Of a DNA stretch of 64,000 nucleotides, positions 34,365-46,392 are shown piece after piece. Source of the stretch: Emiliania huxleyi CCMP1516 (lineage: Eukaryota). The DNA is taken from the NCBI RefSeq assembly GCF_000372725.1, contig NW_005201165.1, positions 188,853 through 252,852 of the forward strand, read 5' to 3'. A program made the position numbers and the translations under genes. Position 1 is the first letter of the stretch. Every line of letters begins with the position of its first letter. The notes below the pieces were generated by a model. That model worked only from the letters and a program-made list of their open reading frames with translations. It was not told the DNA's origin and did not search any database.

Positions 34365-37300
34365 TCAGTTCCAGATCTCGCGGCAGTAGCGCCCCTCCTG
34401 GGCGAGGCCCTGCAGCCGCTCCTCGGCCTCCGCCGGCGAGACGGAGAGGTGGGCCTGTGGGCAGGTGCACAAGGGGTGCAAGAAGGGCCCACGCGGCCGT
34501 GCAAGAGGGGCGGGGCGGGGCCTCGACGATGCGGCGCAGCGCGGCGTGCACGTCGGAGGCCATCGATTGGCCGTCGCCGCAGACGTAGAGGTGGCCCGCC
34601 TGCTCGGGCGGTGGGGCCGGGGTCGGGGGTGGGTCGGGGCCAGGGTCGGGGTCAGGACTCGGGCAGAGGGCCAAGGCTGGGGTCGGGGGGATGCAAGCCG
34701 CTCGCCTGCTCGAGCAGCAGCTGCGCGACGCGCTGCCCGTCCTCCTCGAGCAAGTCCTGCACGTAGTCGACATTCAGGCGCAAGCCGCGCCAGTAGCCCG
34801 CCGTGGCGGGGGGGGCCTCGCGCGAAAAGGCGGTGCGCAGCGTGATTGCCCCCGCCTGAGGAGAGCACCGGCTCGGCTCACTCTCTCACCCGCCGGACGG
34901 TGTGCCAGCGGGGTGCGCCCGCCGCATGCATCGGCTCGAGCTCCTCGCCGTACAGAAAGTCGTCTGCGCGGGAACGGCAGCCGAAATAGACCACACACGG
35001 CCCGAGCCTGTTCACGGCTGGAAGCGTGAAAAGGCGCGGCTCGCAGGCAGCCGAAGCGGACGAAGCGCGGCCGGACCGCTTGCGGGCGTGCGCGAAACGG
35101 CGGTGCTGCAGGAAGGCGCGGAACGGCGCGAGCCCGGTGCCCGGCCCGATGACGACGACCGGCGTCGCGGGCGAGGGAGGGAGACGCAGCTCGTGGCCGC
35201 TCGGCTCGCGCCAAAAGACCGGAACGGCGGCCGCAGCCTCCTCGGCGCCGCCGGCCTTGAGCAGCGGCGCCGCGGTGCGCTCGAGGAAGTGCGAAGCGAC
35301 GCCGCGGCGCAAGTGGCGCGTGCCGGCGGCGTCGGTGGCGGTGTAGGCTGCAATCGACACGCACAAATGGGCGCGGCCTGGGCTGGCGAGCGGCGACGAC
35401 GCGAGCGAGTACCAACGCGGCGCGAGAGGCGGCAGCGCGTCGAGCAGGTCCACGAGAGGCGGGCGCGAGGCCAGCTGGCGCAACAGCTGCAGCAACGGGG
35501 GCCGCTCCCTCACCAAGCTCGCGTGCGCCGCGCGCGCAGCAGCCGCGTCGCCGCCCGCGGCCTACACCTCGCGCGCACCCCTCGGGTGAGCTCGCGGCAT
35601 CTCCCCTCGCGCGCGTGCGCCGCGCTGCAGCCTGCGCGGTGGCGCGCCGCACGAGCGCGAGCCGCGGGGCGTCCGCATTGGCCGGCTCGCCTGCGGGAGG
35701 AATGAGGGTCGAGTGGTTGGCCCGCTCGCACAGACACGGATGGGTGGTGGCTGGCTGGTGGCGGGCTCGCCGTGCTTGAGCAGCAGCCGCAGCAGCGCCG
35801 GCGAGGGCCACGACGAGGTCGAGCCGATGTCGACGCGCTCGAGCAGCGCGGTGCGCGGAGTGAGCTCGCCTGATGAGCCGACAAGTTCAAGGGACATCGG
35901 CCGCGTGCGAATGAACTACTCTTGCTGAGGAGCGCGGTGGTGCGCTCACCGCCCAAGTGCATCGGCGCGTCGAAGCCGTCGGGAAGCTGCAGCGGCGTGT
36001 CCGCCTGCTTGGCGCGCACGCCCAGCTGCGGCAGCAGCTCCTTGACGTCGGTCGGGTCGTTCTGCGGCACCACCGCCAGCGCGTCGCCCGGCTCGAGAGC
36101 GCAGCCCGCCGGCAGCGCGCTCACGTCCAGCTCGAGGTGGAGCACTCGCCGCACAGCGGCGGCGGCAGTCGCGGCGGCACCGCTCTGCCAGCCCGCCCGC
36201 CCGCCCGCCGTCGGCGACTCGGTCGACGCCGTCAGCCAGCGCGCAGCCACAATCCTCGCCAGCAGCGGCTTCTCCGGGCCGGCACCCGCGTCCGGGTCCG
36301 GCTCGGCGGAGCGCGCGCCGTTGGAACCGTTGGAATTGTTGGCGCCGTTGGCGCCGTTGGTTCCGTTGGTTCCGTTCGCCGTCGTCGAGCGCCCGCCGTT
36401 GCCTCCGTTTGCAGCGGCGGCGGCGGCGGCGGCGAGCGATGCGCGGAGGGCTGCCAGCCACGGCTGCACCTCCTGGTTGCCGGTGCGGTCGTCCGCCTCT
36501 CCGCGCGGGTGGAAGCGGTCGGCGCCGAGCTCCGAGAGCCGCCTGTTGAGTACGTGTCCACTCATCGGCCTTGGGTAGCAACCGGATCTGCGCCGAGGTG
36601 GGCGAGGCGTGCCTGTCGACCGCCTGCGCCACCTGGTTGCAATCCTTGGCCGCGGTCGTCTGCCGGTCGAGGAGCAGATTCGAGTCGCCGAGCCTAACTC
36701 ATTCCTTCTCAGCTCCTCTCATCATTCCCCGCGTCGAGGAGCCGGTCCGAGTCGCCGCGGGCCCGAGGACGGCGAAGTGCAGCTTGCCCGCCAACATGCC
36801 GGCGGCGTGCGTCCGCCGCTGCAGGAAGCGCACGCACGGGCCCGCCTCCTCGGGCGGCTGCTCGTTCTCGACCTAAGGGATGGGGGCTGTCGGCCTCACC
36901 GCTCGGGCCCCGTCCAGCTTCCGCGTGCTCGCTCTCGACCGTCTGGCAAAGGAAGACGGCGTGCTGCGGCGCGGACGCCGCGGCCGCGTCCAGCTCCGCC
37001 AGCCATGGCTTGAACTTTGCCATGGCGAGCAGCCGCACGCTCGCCGCCGGGCTCGCGGCGGCAGCCTCCGCCTTGATGAGCTCCGCAATCTCCTCGGTGA
37101 GCCCGCCGCTGTGAAACACCGTCAGCGAGCGCAGCGGCGCCACCGCCGGCGCCGCCGCCGGCGCGGCGCCCTTTGCCGCTGCCTTTGCCGGCGCCGCCTC
37201 TGCCGCCTGCTCCGCGCCGCGGTTCGCTTGGGCGGGCGCAACCTGCTTGAGCGCCTGGGCGAGGTGGGGGCGGTCGGGCGGTGAGGAGGCGGCTTCGCAC

Positions 37301-38159
37301 AGCGCGGCCATCCGCGCCGCGAGAGGAGGAGAGGAGGCGTGCGTGCGGAGGGTGGCATCTGGCGGGAGGCCTTGAGTGCCGGCCAGAGCTTCTCTGCCCA
37401 CGGGTGGACGTGCGCCTCGATGCCGTCCACCTACGAAGGAGGGTGCGGGGACGGCTCCAAGAACGTCCCCGCGGGGTGGGAGGCCTCGACGCCGCCCGCC
37501 TCGTCGACATCGCACCGCTTGAGGAAGCGGTTGCCTCCCAGCCGCTCCAGGTGCTGGTCAAACTGGCGGCCGACCTGCGGGGCGCAGGTGGCCGGGTGAG
37601 GGCGAGGGCCGAGCGTCCGCCCCTCGCAGGACTGCAATCTCGAGTCGGGTCCTCTCGGAGGCCGCGCCTCGCAGAACTGCTCGTAGTTTGAGTCGCCGAG
37701 CGCGCACACCGCAAACGGGACGCCCTTGAAGACGGGCGGCGTGCTCCGCTTCTTGGCAAAGCGGTAAAACTTGTCGGCGTTGTCTGGCGCGTCGCCGTTG
37801 CCCGTGGACGAGCTGACGAGCACGAGCGGCGTCTTGTCCTGCTCAAAGTCGAGCTCCTTCCACTTCTCCATGCCCAGCACGCGCGCCTCAAAGCCGTGCG
37901 CCGCCGCCTCGGCGCCGAGCTCCTTGGCGACGCCGCGGCTGTTGCCGGTCTGCGTGCCGTACAGGATGAGAAGCTTCTGCATCACAGGCTTTTGCTGTGT
38001 CACCGGCTCGGGCGCGGCCGCGGCAGGCGGCGGAGCAGGCGCAGCCACCGGCGCGGCGGCGGGCGGCGGCGCGGAAGCGGCGACGGACGTCACCGTGGCT
38101 ACTGAAGCCAAGGCTGAATCCGCCTTGGCGAGGAGTGCAGCGAGAGCTGCGTCGTCCAT
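34365..38159 (-). CDS. diflavin (FMN/FAD/NADPH) reductase, methionine-synthase-reductase-like, with two flavodoxin domains
   Basis: First flavodoxin ILYGTQTGNS, SSTGNGDAPDNA, ALGDSNY; second flavodoxin LGDSNLLLDRQ...GEADDRTG; FAD/NADP region LEPGDA, PRWYSLASSP, GVASHFL, IGPGTGLAPFRAF, YFGCR, YVCGDG, RYCREIWN. Confidence 0.9.
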
Positions 38160-38590
38160 GCCAAGAGACTGGGCAGGGCGGTGTGCGAACCGTGGCGATC
38201 TCTCGGCCACCACACATGTCTCTCGAGGTCTCGAGCCGCGGGAAATTCTTTCCCGAGCGCCTAAAAGTCCGCGATCGCAGACGCTATTAAAACTCCTGGG
38301 CTCTCAATGCCTAGCCCGCCGTTCTGTCAGCCGCGGCCCGCATGTCCAGACAGTGCGGGCCTCGACGCCACACTAGGTCCATTGGGTTGAACCCCCTGGC
38401 TTGTCTCGAAGGTGAGGTATAGAGGGTCACATGGGGAATGCGAACTCGTCATGATGCGCGGCGACGGCGGCGTCGATATCTATCGACGCCGCCGCCCCAC
38501 TTGTCTTCCTTCTCGGAAAGTTCGCGACCGAGTCTTTAGAGACTCGCTCGCGCGGCGCGCATTGACATATATTGACTGTGCGCATCCCCA

Positions 38591-39308
38591 TGCTGAGAGA
38601 CGCCCCGAGCACGATCGCCGGGGCGGCTGCATGACTAGAAACACCCGTGCCGTGGCACAGGTCGAGTAGAGAGGGCCGCACACGCGTCCTTGCGGGCGGC
38701 CCGTTGTGAAGGGTCGAGCACACCGAAGCGAGGTGTGCTCGTGTTGCGAGTGTCGCCGCCGCCGCAAGGCGGACGGCGCCCGCAGCCCAGCCAACAGTGG
38801 CTAGGGCGGGGGAAGGGTGGATTCGAGCCGCCCGCACGCTCGTGCGGTAGGGAGGCTCGTGTAGAGCACGCCGTGCGCAAGCACAGGTGCGCGTTTGAAG
38901 CATTCGAGTCGCAGCAGCGGAGGCTGCTGCTTACTGGTTTGTGGCACGCCACGCATCTCGCGCGGTGAGTGCTGAGAGACGCCCCGAGCACGATCGCCGG
39001 GGCGGCTGCATGACTAGAACGACCCGTGCCGTGGCACAGGTCGAGTAGAGAGGGCCGCACACGCGTCCTTGCGGGCGGCCCGTTGTGAAGGGTCGAGCAC
39101 ACCGAAGCGAGGTGTGCTCGTGTTGCAAGTGTCGCCGCCGCCGCAAGGCGGACGGCGCCCGCAGCCCAGCCAACAGTGGCTAGGGCGGGGGAAGGGTGGA
39201 TTCGAGCCGCCCGCACGCTCGTGCGGCCGGGAGGCTCGTGTAGAGCACGCCGTGCGCAAGCACAGGTGCGCGTTTGAAGCATTCGAGTCGCAGCAGCGAC
39301 GGCTGCTG
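38591..39308. repeat. tandem duplication, period ~379 bp
   Basis: 38591-38928 is nearly identical to 38970-39308. Confidence 0.92.
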
Positions 39309-40050
39309 GTGGATGCTCGCGCTCCCCTCGCGCCGTCCTTGGCGCGAGAGGGCGGGTTGATTTGCGAGTGCACCACGCAATGCCAGCTGGCCCTGCGGGT
39401 GCACTTCGCCCATGGCCGTGTGCTCATCTGGCGGCACTGCTTGCTGCATGGCCATGTAAAGGCGCCATTTTTGCTCGGTGCTTTGCGCAAAGCATTACGT
39501 ATGGGGCCACCTGCGGCTGGGGCGGTCCTCGCATTCCAGCTGGCGTGGACGACTGCTGTCCTCCTGTTGGCTGCTGGCTCCTCGTTCTAAGCTGAGCAGG
39601 CTGGTCCTCGCTGCAAAGCCTGCAGTTTGCATGTATTGGACTGGCGGCGCAGCGCTGCACGCACTGCAGTTTGGCGGCGCAGCCTGCAGTTTGGCCCATT
39701 GCGCCCGTCCGTAGGACGGGCGCGGTCGGTCGTGGCCTGGCGGCGGCACTCGCCTCCGGCCTGGCCAGCGCCAAAGCGAGTCGCCCAGGCTCCCTGCTGG
39801 GCGGCTCGCGTCGTGTTTGTAACGGTTCGAAGAAGCTCTTTGTTCACGGTTCCACCGTGAACAGGAGATTGGTCGAGGCTATGCACAAGCGATGCGCGTA
39901 GACTCCGTGTGGCTCTGGGCTGCAGCCTTTTAGAGAGCCGAGTCGCTTTAATAGCACGGCCGGGCACGGTCGTACCTCGCGTGCCCTCTGTGCGAAAAAA
40001 GGATCCTAAAAACAAAGCGAACGCGCTTCGGAGTGCTCGCCGCTGCCGCG

Positions 40051-40800
40051 ATGCGCGCACCGACGGCGCAGCGCACGCTCCGGCCGAGGTCGGCTCCGGC
40101 CGCCGCCGCGCCGGCCTCGGGTTCCCCTGCTGCTCGGCGCGCTCCTCTGCCCAGACCCACTGGCAGGCTCCTCATCGTCCACGCGAACGGGAAGGAGTAC
40201 GGCCGGGGCGCCGGCGGGTCAAAGGCATCGAACAGGGAGTTCCCATTCGCGGCGGCCGACTATGTCGCCATGCGAGACAGCGGCGTGCCGTACTCTGGCG
40301 ACCCGCGCAAAAACAAGCTGATACCGCTCCCGCGGCCCACCTACACCGAGTTCATCAACAGGGCCCGAGCAGCGCGCATGCTGGACCGGCTCGACTTCCT
40401 CTACGTGCCTGCGGAGGCGCCGCAGCCCCCGCCCTGGCGCAGCTTCGAGCCGTACGAGCGCGTCGTCTGGTGCGGCGTCTCGTTCCGCCGCTTTGCGCGG
40501 CTCTGGACGCCCGAGAGGCACCACTTCTTCCAGCCGTCCTTCCAGGTGCGCGTCTTTGCGGTGCTCTGCTGTGCGCTCCGGCAGCGCACCACCCTCCCCT
40601 CCAGCATGGCCGCCCTCGCCTCGCTGCCGACCGACCTGCTGCACGTGATCCTCGCCGCCTCGGCCGGCGAAGGCGACTCGCGCCGTGACGGGTACGACGA
40701 CATGGCGGCGGTCGAGAGCGGCTGCCAGCACCTGTTCCTGCCAGCGCCCGGCTCCGCGGGGGTACGCGAGGCGCTCTTCGACGGCGTCTTTGGGCTTTGA
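40051..40800 (+). CDS. intronless hypothetical protein
   Basis: ~250-aa ORF with non-low-complexity composition, including LWTPERHHFFQPSFQVRVFAVL...LPTDLLHVIL. Confidence 0.6.
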   Translation: MRAPTAQRTLRPRSAPAAAAPASGSPAARRAPLPRPTGRLLIVHANGKEYGRGAGGSKASNREFPFAAADYVAMRDSGVPYSGDPRKNKLIPLPRPTYTEFINRARAARMLDRLDFLYVPAEAPQPPPWRSFEPYERVVWCGVSFRRFARLWTPERHHFFQPSFQVRVFAVLCCALRQRTTLPSSMAALASLPTDLLHVILAASAGEGDSRRDGYDDMAAVESGCQHLFLPAPGSAGVREALFDGVFGL

Positions 40801-41447
40801 CCTGCTCCTGTGTCGTGAGTCACACTTGTGTGAGCCGCGCAGCACAGACGTCAGCGCGCTCACCGCTCTAGCTGGGAAGCTGGCCACCGACGGCTCTTAG
40901 TCTTACGTCTTAGACTTAGGCATTCACAATCCGCACTGTGTGGGCCGTGTTCTTGATTACGTACTGAGATCAGTAACCAGCGTACTGTGTCACTGTGTCT
41001 GTGAGACGGAAAACGCGGTGAACTGGACTACTCTCGCGGTATAGGAGCTCTACCGCTTATAAAAAGGGCAGCCCGCCTTTAAGAGAGAGAGATGCACAGT
41101 TGTTGGTTGGTACAACCGCAAATTTCGCACAAACTCCGAGCAAAGCCCCTTCGAACGCGCGAAAGCGCCGGCTTTCGAACCTCGGCGCCCGCCCTCTTTC
41201 TGGCCGCGTCCCTCCCCTGTCCGATCTTCTGCATTCACTCTTTACATACATAATTTTATTAAATAAACCTCATGTAAAATGATAATGTATGTTTTTTTAT
41301 TTATAATGTTTTTTTAACCCTCGAGCCTCGTTCACGGCGCCCCCGTAGCCGTACCGCGCCCTCGCGCTCGCCACGGCACAGCCACACGGACACGCGCACG
41401 AATAGTTACAATAATACATTCATACATCTGGAGAGTAACACCCTGGG

Positions 41448-42170
41448 TCAGTCGGGTGGTGGCAAAATCCCGCAGTCCTGGATCACGACGTCTGCCGTCG
41501 GCTTGCCCGAGCGCGAGCCGACCGCCTCCACCTTTTTGAGCGCCTCGAACCCCGACTGCAGCCGGCCAAACACGACGTGCTTGCCATCCAGGTGCGGTGT
41601 CGCCTTGAATGTGACGAAAAATTGCGCCTTGTTCGTGTCCTTGCCATAATTAGCCATCGACAGCGTGCCCGCCGCGCTGTGCTTGAGCGCAAACGACTCG
41701 TCTGCAAACGTCCCTCCCCACAAGCTGTCGCCGCCGCGCCCATCGTAATCCCCTCCCTGCGCCATGAAGCTGCCGATGATGCGGTGCAGCCTGGAGCCGC
41801 GCAGCGAACGCTTCCCGCCATCGGCCGCCGGCTCGCCCTGAACCAGAGAGGCGAAGTTTCGAACTGTGCGAGGCGCGACGTCCCCAAAGAGGTCGAAGAC
41901 GAGCCGCCCAGCGGGCGCTCCGCCGATGGCCATGTCCAGATAGGCACGCTGCGTCGCCAACGGCGCCGCGTCTGACGGCGCGCCCTGCAGCATCGAGAGG
42001 TCGCTCAGCATCGCACCCTGCTGCTCGGCCCGCAGCCCCTGTAGGCCACGCATCTGCTGCTCGCGCAGCCACTGTGCAGCCGTCAGCTCCTCGTCGGCAA
42101 CTGGTGCTGCGCGCACCGGCCACCCGAGCAGCAGCACGGCGCTGGCGCGTGTGCAGAGAAGCACAGCCAT
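41448..42170 (-). CDS. cyclophilin-type peptidyl-prolyl isomerase with N-terminal signal-like peptide
   Basis: GRLVFDLFGDVAPRTVRNF, HRIIGSFMAQGGD, GTLSMANYGKDTNKAQFFVT, HLDGKHVVFG. Confidence 0.95.
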   Translation of the reverse strand: MAVLLCTRASAVLLLGWPVRAAPVADEELTAAQWLREQQMRGLQGLRAEQQGAMLSDLSMLQGAPSDAAPLATQRAYLDMAIGGAPAGRLVFDLFGDVAPRTVRNFASLVQGEPAADGGKRSLRGSRLHRIIGSFMAQGGDYDGRGGDSLWGGTFADESFALKHSAAGTLSMANYGKDTNKAQFFVTFKATPHLDGKHVVFGRLQSGFEALKKVEAVGSRSGKPTADVVIQDCGILPPPD

Positions 42171-42938
42171 ACCACTAATCCACCACCCAGTCCTTCGTCG
42201 CAGGGTTCCGGCTCCTACCAGGTACCCAGATAGGGGGTCTGCTGAGTCGCGCCAAAACGCCCCACCTACCCACCTAGTGACTATGCGGAGCTCACGCAGC
42301 GAAGCAAAAAATGCCATCGAGCAATGTGTGAATAGTCTCCGGGCGCCGGCACCGCGGTGAGGAGCCGGAGAGGTGCGCCACTGTTCACACAATTATCATC
42401 ACGCGCCAAGTGGGAGGGAGGTGGACGGGGCCCTGAGCCGACCTAGCCCTAAACGGAATGGGGCGCCCAACACGTGCCGGATTACCCTGCCCCTTGCACG
42501 CCGGGCACGGCCTTTCGGTTCGTGAAGGGTCGGTGCGAGTCGTGCTACCAGTCCTCGGCCTTGGTGAGCAGTCACATCCGTGCTCCCCGCCATCTCCATC
42601 GCCTGGTCTGCGAATGCTTATCAGCCACGAAAGGAGAGCGCGTGGCCGAGGACGCATAGATAGGACTCGATCGAAAGATCCCAGAAAGGCACCTCCGCCT
42701 CTGGACAGGGTGGCCCGCCACAAGGACCCCAGGAATTGCGACTCGCCGCTTTCCTCCCGCTGTGATTCTGTGTGATGAGCTCTGTGTCTTGTTTGCCAAG
42801 AATACACCTACAAACACAAAAACACAACCCCGGACCCACTGTTCACAGCATGCTTGATGAGTGAGCCGAACGAAGGAGACGAGTCGAGTCGGTCCGATTC
42901 GTGTCCGACCTGTCATCGTCCTAGCCTATCATCTGTCC

Positions 42939-43598
42939 ATGGACGCTAGGTTCCAGGCTTTGTGCACTCAAGCTTGGCGGGGCCACCTGGAGCAGGTGCG
43001 CGACCTGCTTGATCCGCCGCCACCCGCTGCACTGCTGAACTCGACCACGGCGAGGGAGAATCCACTTTACCTTGCAGTCGAAGGCAGCGCTGCTGAGCGC
43101 GCTCACACCGCTATCTTTGATCGAGCGAGTGGCGAGTTCCAGCACCGCGCCTGCGTGCAGGCGATACTCGACGCCGGGGCGGACCCAAACGTCGTGATTC
43201 ACTTGGCTCACATGACGATGCGAGTATGCGCTCTGAGGCAGGCCGTCTACGGAGACTGGCAACTGGTCAGCGTGCTGCTGGCGGCTGCAGCGCGGCCTAG
43301 TACTTTGCTGCTGGCTGCCGCTGAGGAATTGAATGAAGAGCACCATTATCAGGACCACTGCTCAGGAGCCGCCATGGAACGCGGGGAGACGATGCCTAGA
43401 AAATCGGAGCTGATCGCTTCGCTGAGGGCGTCGATGCCCTCACGCCTGGCGTGGCAACGTCTGCGCCGCCTGACGCCGCTCGTTGGCCGCATGCGTCATG
43501 TGTTCATGGAATGGTATGCCGACGTGAGCGACTACACGCCAGAGGGGCGCGGCGCAAGGAGAGCGAGAGCCTCGTTCGAGGGGGCAGTGTCAGCATGA
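42939..43598 (+). CDS. ankyrin-repeat-like protein, intronless
   Basis: AWRGHLEQVRDLL, NPLYLAVEG, CVQAILDAGADPN. Confidence 0.65.
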   Translation: MDARFQALCTQAWRGHLEQVRDLLDPPPPAALLNSTTARENPLYLAVEGSAAERAHTAIFDRASGEFQHRACVQAILDAGADPNVVIHLAHMTMRVCALRQAVYGDWQLVSVLLAAAARPSTLLLAAAEELNEEHHYQDHCSGAAMERGETMPRKSELIASLRASMPSRLAWQRLRRLTPLVGRMRHVFMEWYADVSDYTPEGRGARRARASFEGAVSA

Positions 43599-44373
43599 CT
43601 CACATGACTGTCGCACGCCACTACTGCGTGGCTGCATGAGAAACTTATGGACTGCACACATGTGCATGCACATGTGAATGTCGGTTTGGTGCATGCACCG
43701 TACGCGTATATTTATGCGTGTGTAATCAGAGGAGAGGGCACTAAGGACTACCCATAAAGCCGTACCGCGGATTACTGTGCTGTAGTTTTCGACAACATGA
43801 GGACCGGACAAAAATGACGAGTTTCAGTCCTCTTCGCCTGATGACATCGGAATCGTTGCAACTTTCGGTAGACAGTTACACCAGCACGATGGCCACTCTT
43901 TTGTACATTTGTAGAGCTGGATCGCCGCGCGGAGCTGAATATGAATATAGCGTTGGGACGTGGCCCAGACTAAAATGCTCCATTGGCCGATGGCTGACTC
44001 TGCTCTCTGGGCGATGGCTGACACTGGACGATGGCGTGCACGGTCAAAGCACAAAGGTTATCTGTTTTCTTTCTTCGGCTCTACTCCACCTTCCCTAACT
44101 TCCCACCTTCAAACGAGAGTGGGACACGGCCGCGAGGTAAGAAAGAAACCGAAAGATAACAAGCCTAAACGAGGGCGGGGAGGAGGACAGGGGCCCCCAC
44201 CTGCACGCAAAGCAGGATTTCTTTTTCAGTGTACGTACTTTTTTAGCTTACAACTGAAAGCTCGCTTCCGAGCTCTCACGCCGCGCGTAGGGCCCTTAGG
44301 GGCCTAGAGAACACAACCCCCTCTCTCTCTTTTCTCCCAGTAAGCTAAAAGTACATACAACTGGGAGAAAAGG

Positions 44374-44440
44374 TGTGGCTCTTACGTACATTCCCGCAGG
44401 AGGACTCTGCTGACAGGGTTTGCGATGAGAAGCGACCCGA
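44374..44440. repeat. dispersed repeat family B copy, preceded by a 13-bp perfect hairpin (44329-44372)
   Basis: ctgctgacagggtttgcgatgag is shared with the copy at 56307; hairpin arms cttttctcccagt / actgggagaaaag. Confidence 0.75.
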
Positions 44441-44669
44441 TGGGATTTTGGAGGGTGGCATCCATTCCAGACGCAGAAGCGAGGCGGCTAGTGGCACAGG
44501 AGCTCTGGGTGGTGGGGTGGGAGTGTGTGGGTGCCCGCGCCGCCTAGCTCTGCAGACGGGCCCCTCCACCCTTCCTGTAATCATGTAGTCCCCACAATCG
44601 CTGTCGTGGGATCGCTTGTCATGTGAGAGATTTCGTTGTGTTCTTGTTTTGTATGCGCCTGGGTTCCGG

Positions 44670-44886
44670 CTCCTAGCCGGATAGGGGGTCTGTGCACACT
44701 GACTCGCGCCAAAACGCCCTACCTACCTACCTATCCCCAGCGCCCAGGCCGCGCAGCGAAGCGAAAAAAGATGAAAATAGGGGGTACCTACCTATTGCAG
44801 GGCCCTTTTGGGCGAAACAAGACCAACCTACCTACCTATCTGGGAGGGGCCAGCCAGTGTGGACAGACCCCCTATCCGGCTAGGAG
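44670..44886. mobile_element. 217-bp MITE with 32-bp TIRs and 5-bp TSD TCCGG
   Basis: ctcctagccggatagggggtctgtgcacactg (44670-44701) versus cagtgtggacagaccccctatccggctaggag (44855-44886), one mismatch; tccgg on both flanks; internal (ccta)n. Confidence 0.88.
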
Positions 44887-45430
44887 TCCGGGCCTGCCTC
44901 CTCTTCTTTTCTCAAGGCACGCCACGCCGCTTGCGGCGGTCCTATTCCCAGCTCCGCTGAGGGCGCGGGCGTCATTCTTCTTTCAAGGCAAAACACCAAC
45001 AAAACGCCGCTCGCTCTCCGCTCTCCGCTGGCAGCGTCTCTTTTGACCGCGCAAGATAAAAGGGTGGCTAAGGGCTCTGCCCGCAAGGCGCCCGCGTCGC
45101 AGACGCGGTACCATTGACAAATCTGCGATATACCCCCACACGAGCAAATAGCAAAATCCGAATACCGTGCACAAACTGCGTGATCTGGGACCCAAGCCAT
45201 CAGCTGGTGCCAAGACATTCGTACAATTGAACCCCCCCCCCCCCCCCTAAGCAGCCCGTCGATGCAGGTGGCCCGCGCGGCCACGGCCGCAACGACGCGT
45301 CGCCGGCGGCGCTCACTCGAGCCCGAGCCCTCCGCGACGGCAACGCCAGGTCGTCGCGTCCGCCCCGCCAGCCCTTGAGCACGCCTCCCGCATACCGATG
45401 ACTGCACTCGGCGTCCACCGGCGGGGGACC

Positions 45431-46253
45431 ATGGAGGAGCGGTCAGCAGTCTCGACTGCTCCACCGGCTCCTCCACAGGCTCTCGCCGTCGGCCCCGGCG
45501 CGCTGCGACGGCGCGCCGCCGGCTCCCACCGCGGCGTCCGAGCTGGAGGGAAAGGTGACGCACCTGATGGAGCTGCTCAAGGCGCATCAGTCGCGGGACG
45601 CGGATACGTCGCGGCTGCAGCAAGCGCTGCAGCGCCAGGAGGAGGCGGACGCCGCCAAGCTCGTCGAGCTGATGCGACGGCAGGAGGCGGCGAGCGCGGC
45701 GGCGGTCGAGGAGGCCAAGGCTGCGATCGAGGCGCAGCTGGTCGAGCGATTCCGCGAGGAGCAGGCGGCGGCGGCGGAGGCGCACTCAGCGCAGCTGCAG
45801 CAGCTGAGCGCGGAGCACTCGACGCAGCTGCAGCAGGCAGCGGCCCTCCTGGAGGCGCAGGCGCGCGAGAAGTTTGAGACGGCGGTCGCGCACGAGAGGG
45901 TGATTGGAGCAGGCGGTGCTCGCAGAGAGGCTGGTGAGCGGAACCTCTCCCCTCCCGCCTCCCCGCCCGCCTTCCCTCCCGCCTCCCGCCTCGACTCCCC
46001 TGCCTCACTTCTCCCGACCCATCCCTCACTCCTCACTCCGCCCGCCTCTCCTCTCCCCTCCCTCCTCCCCTCCTCCCCTCCCGCTCCCCTCTCCTCCTCC
46101 CCTCCCCCCCTCCCCATTCCCCCTTCCTCTCGCCTCGCGCCCAGCCCAGCCCCGCCACCTCACCGCCCTCCCAGGCGTATCTCTCCGCCCTCAAGCAGCT
46201 CGAGCTCGACGTCGACGTGCTCACACGCGTCCTGGCGCCTACTGTATACTTGA
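45431..46253 (+). CDS. coiled-coil hypothetical protein or fragment
   Basis: Glu/Ala/Gln heptad-rich frame 45555-45900 followed by a pyrimidine-rich intron-like tract. Confidence 0.4.
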
Positions 46254-46392
46254 TGCAGAGCTTTCCGACGTCATTGTGTTTGCCGCTCCGCGCTCGACGC
46301 CTGCCGCCGCGCGCGCCCGCGCGCCACCCCTTTTGCGCAGCAACACCTTAAATTTCATGGCCCTCCAAATTCGGGTCGGAGCGTAGCGGAGT

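Noticed and set aside
33542..34588. ORFs spanning the N-gap and Pro/Gly-rich flanks
   Set aside because: Low-quality homopolymer sequence at a contig edge.
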